Assembly: GCA_046497275.1 (NCBI GenBank)
Contig: JAWOFX010000089.1
Coordinates: 55,166 to 87,165, forward strand
Length of the DNA: 32,000 nt
Reading direction: 5' to 3'
From: Promethearchaeia archaeon
GTDB taxonomy: Archaea; Asgardarchaeota; Lokiarchaeia; Sigyniarchaeales; SOKP01
How positions within the stretch are numbered: the first letter of the stretch is position 1; each line of letters begins with the position of its first letter. Under the pieces are notes generated by a model. It had not been told where the DNA came from and made no database searches. It saw nothing but the letters and a program-made list of their open reading frames with translations. A program made the position numbers and the translations under genes. Shown here piece by piece: positions 28,899 through 32,000 of this stretch.

Positions 28899-31064
28899 CT
28901 ATAAAAATGCCCCTATCAAACCAGCCCCACCATTTATTGCCAGAAAGAACGCAATAAATATAGATGCTGTTAGGGACATTACCACTAATAAAGTATTTAT
29001 CGATGGACCAGCTGTATCCTTAAATGGATCACCTACAGTATCTCCCGTAATCGAAGCCTTATGAGTTGCTGTACCTTTTCCACCTAAATTCCCGTCTTCA
29101 ATCCATTTCTTAGCATTATCCCATGCACCACCAGAATTGGACATAAAAATCGCGAATACAAATCCAGAAAGAATCGCTCCAGCTAGAAACGCAGCGAGGG
29201 AAGCTACACCGAAGATTATTCCGACTAAGAATGGCAACAAAATTGAAATGATGCTTGGAATAATAAGCTCTTTTAGTGAACCCGTAGTTGCGATATCAAT
29301 ACATTTGTTGAAATCTGCTGCAACTTCACCTTTCAGAATACGTGGATCCTCTTCAAACTGTCTTCGAATTTCATCAACCATTTTCGAAGCATTTCTCTGT
29401 ACGGCAAGAACCAAAACTGCTGAGAATAATGCAGGAGCAACTACACCCAAAAACGCTCCAATTAGAATGCTAATGGTTAATAGATTTACTATAGGAACTA
29501 TTCCAGAATCCAAAAGAATGTCTCCTGCGTCTTGTGAAAAAGAAAAGAGTAAAGCTAAAACAGTTAAATTTGCTGAGCCAATAGCATATCCTTTAGTAAT
29601 TGCTTTAGCTGTATTTCCTGCCATATCTAAATTATCGGCTATACTAATTACTTCCTCTCCTAATTCTCCTTGTTCTGCTATGCCACGAGCATTATCACAA
29701 ATCGGGCCATAAGCATCATTGGATACTATGGTTCCAACGATAGATAACATACCTGTTCCTGCAATTGATACTCCAAATACTCCTGCAATGTATGAATTTC
29801 CAGCAATCATATATGGTAATATATAAGAAATAGCTGTAGCGGCAACTATGCCAACTGCGGGGGGTACAACACTAATTAAACCATATGAAAATCCACTTAA
29901 TATTACTACGGCATCTCCTTCTTCAGCAGCATGTGCCATATTCCGGGTTGGTTTTTTATCCTCTCTCGTATAATAATCGGATGTTAATCCAATAATAATT
30001 CCACTAAATAATCCAACAACAGCGCATATCCATAACGTCCATAATAATACTCGATCAGCAGGATTCGCAAAAAACCCTAAAATAAAAACACAAAGAGCAG
30101 CCAGACCTGTGAAACAAGCCGTTGCAAAGTAAGTCCCGAAATTCAATAATTTACTTGGTTCTCCTGTTTTCCATTGTTTTATGAAGAAGATACCTAAAAT
30201 AGAGGAAAATAATCCGAATGCATTAAGCAAAATAGGTAATATTATAAATAATCGAATATCTGTCCCAGGATGGAGGATGGTTGCAAGAAAATTTCCGATT
30301 GCGGCTAACAACATAGATCCTAGCATTGAAGCAACATATGAATCAAAAAGATCCGAACCCATACCTGCTATATCGCCCACATTATCACCAACATTGTCAG
30401 CAATAGAAGCAGGATTCCGTGGGTCGTCTTCGGGAAGGTCATATTCTGCTTTGCCAACTAAATCAGCACCAACATCTGCAGTTTTAGTATAAATCCCTCC
30501 ACCGCATTTCATAAATAAGGCAATACTACTAGCTCCAAAACTAAAGCCTAACACAACTTTGGTTGCTCCTAGAGTGCCTAAGTATGGATCCATAATCCAA
30601 TATATTAAAGATACACCAATTAAAGCAACACCCGTTACTGATAAACCCATTACACAACCTCCAAAAAATGAGATATCAAAACCCTTTTTTGAGCTTATAG
30701 TACATCCTTGTGCTGCTCTAGTATTTGCCTTAACTCCAACAAGCATCCCCAACCAGCCTGCCAACATTGAACCCACACAACCAATAAGATATGAAATCAT
30801 CGGTGCAATACTAAGTTTCGAGGGCTCAAATAAGAATAATACTACCAATGAAAGTCCTATAACAAAAATAGAAAGTATTCTATATTGAACTTTAATATAA
30901 GTTTTCGCTCCAGATTCGATGTATCCACTTACTTCTTGCATTCGTTCATTCCCAGGATCCTCTTTCATAACAATTTTTGTGAAATAGATCGCCAACGCTA
31001 TTGAAAGTATACCTGCGATAATAGGAATTAATAACAATAAATTTTCAATCATTTTTAAAACCAA
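28899..31064 (-). CDS. hppA: Membrane-bound ion-translocating pyrophosphatase, predicted K+-independent H+-PPase
   Basis: GGGIYTKTADVGADLVGK, PEDDPRNP, DNVGDNVGD, DAYGPICDNA, GNTAKAITKG, GGAWDNAKK, GDTVGDPFKDTAGP. Start is TTG 31064 or ATG 31052. Confidence 0.95.
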   Translation of the reverse strand: MVLKMIENLLLLIPIIAGILSIALAIYFTKIVMKEDPGNERMQEVSGYIESGAKTYIKVQYRILSIFVIGLSLVVLFLFEPSKLSIAPMISYLIGCVGSMLAGWLGMLVGVKANTRAAQGCTISSKKGFDISFFGGCVMGLSVTGVALIGVSLIYWIMDPYLGTLGATKVVLGFSFGASSIALFMKCGGGIYTKTADVGADLVGKAEYDLPEDDPRNPASIADNVGDNVGDIAGMGSDLFDSYVASMLGSMLLAAIGNFLATILHPGTDIRLFIILPILLNAFGLFSSILGIFFIKQWKTGEPSKLLNFGTYFATACFTGLAALCVFILGFFANPADRVLLWTLWICAVVGLFSGIIIGLTSDYYTREDKKPTRNMAHAAEEGDAVVILSGFSYGLISVVPPAVGIVAATAISYILPYMIAGNSYIAGVFGVSIAGTGMLSIVGTIVSNDAYGPICDNARGIAEQGELGEEVISIADNLDMAGNTAKAITKGYAIGSANLTVLALLFSFSQDAGDILLDSGIVPIVNLLTISILIGAFLGVVAPALFSAVLVLAVQRNASKMVDEIRRQFEEDPRILKGEVAADFNKCIDIATTGSLKELIIPSIISILLPFLVGIIFGVASLAAFLAGAILSGFVFAIFMSNSGGAWDNAKKWIEDGNLGGKGTATHKASITGDTVGDPFKDTAGPSINTLLVVMSLTASIFIAFFLAINGGAGLIGAFL

Positions 31065-31408
31065 TTTATATTTTAAAATAAATATTATCTTAATTAAAGT
31101 TATAAGGTTTTTATAATTTTAGGATTTTTTGAACCAATCAGATTAAAAATGTGGATATTTGTGCTTTTTTACGATAGATATTATTCGAAGTAATATATAT
31201 ACATAATTTAATTTAAAAATAAAATAAATATATTCAGAAGTGTAGCCAAAAGAAAAAGAACAACATCCTAAAACAGATATATTATTAAGATCTTAATTTT
31301 TGTCCCTATCGTTGGTGACTTTTTTAATCTAAGCAACCATATTAAATATCAAACTAATTACAGCTGAATCTATTTATCTGAAATACTTTCAATCCAGATT
31401 ATATTTAG

Positions 31409-31558
31409 AATCTTCAAATTATCAAAGAGGAGATTGAAATAATTGGAGGTAAAGAAAAGATTGTAGAAATAATATATAATTCTATGCAAGACGAAGATAA
31501 AGATGATTTAGATAAGTTATGAGATGAAAGAAAAAAAAGGAAATTTATTCTGAAGATT
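31409..31558 (+). pseudogene. Possible decayed gene fragment
   Basis: Protein-like frame NLQIIKEEIEIIGGKEKIVEIIYNSMQDEDKDDLDKL*DERKKRKF with an internal TGA at 31520, an upstream TAG at 31406 and no convincing start. Confidence 0.2.
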
Positions 31559-32000
31559 TATGGGTTTATATTGAGCTGATTTCTCATATTTGTTAGTTTT
31601 TTGCCATGTAAATCATAAAAGAGCATAAAAATTAGTGCTATAAAGCATGCAATTGCAGGACCAACGGAAAAGAGTATTTTTAATGGTAATGAAACTAACG
31701 CTGGATCGGTGATTCCAAAACTGCTTGACCATGGAGTATATTGAAAAGCGAATACGACAGAAGAAATGAAAAGAATGATTGAAAATCTATGGATAAATGC
31801 ATTGGTTCCGTAAAAGCTCGCTGATCGCTTCATACCACTGTTTAGCTCATCTTTGTCTATTACATCACCCATTAGAATATCAAAATAGAATAAAATACCT
31901 GAGAGACCGAACCCAATAGCACCGGCAATAATGATCCCAAAAATATGGCTAATAAAATTGTTTGAAAGTAGCAAAAACAAAAGAAAAGTGGATCCCATTA
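31558..32000 (-). CDS. MFS transporter, GPH (glycoside-pentoside-hexuronide) family, C-terminal part (5'-truncated by the window edge)
   Basis: DILMGDVIDKDELNSGMKRSASFYG matches the GPH D.iD.de..tG.R.eG.yyG motif; final TM helix followed by YDL. Confidence 0.85.
   Translation of the reverse strand, partial: MGSTFLLFLLLSNNFISHIFGIIIAGAIGFGLSGILFYFDILMGDVIDKDELNSGMKRSASFYGTNAFIHRFSIILFISSVVFAFQYTPWSSSFGITDPALVSLPLKILFSVGPAIACFIALIFMLFYDLHGKKLTNMRNQLNINP

Noticed and set aside
27891-30888. ORFs 27891-28073, 29137-29712, 30181-30492 and 30559-30888
   Set aside because: Antisense shadows of the DUF1295 gene and hppA.
31520-31522. Selenocysteine UGA
   Set aside because: No credible start codon, an upstream in-frame TAG, no redox-type context and no SECIS-like hairpin that I could identify.

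Overview
AT-rich archaeal chromosomal window with no mobile element, CRISPR array, rRNA or tRNA. Gene content suggests an Asgard archaeon, probably Lokiarchaeia; this is inferred from the type A archaeal RNase P RNA, split gcvPA/gcvPB, archaeal promoter signals, a beta-helix/Ig surface protein and ESCRT-like domains. In order: 3' part of dnaK, a DUF1624/HGSNAT-like membrane protein, dnaJ, a lysophospholipase-like hydrolase, a THEP1-type NTPase, a gcvT-H-PA-PB operon divergent from a tyrosine phenol-lyase-like gene, a flavin reductase, an aldo/keto reductase, three uncharacterised minus-strand genes, a 3053-aa surface protein with 29 Ig-like repeats, two tiny Cys-rich proteins (one missed by the ORF track), rnpB, DUF1295, a membrane pyrophosphatase and the 3' end of a GPH-family MFS transporter. 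The best candidate for a new system is the 533-aa protein at 14588-16189. By eye it reads as tandem helix-hairpin-helix + Bro1-like domain + Vps23/TSG101 steadiness-box-like hairpin, and it lies upstream of a membrane-anchored winged-helix-like protein. Also notable are the mosaic, GC-elevated 16 x 276-bp repeat block in the giant gene and a duplicated operator-like motif between gcvT and tpl. All homology calls are by-eye comparisons to remembered family motifs; no searches were run.
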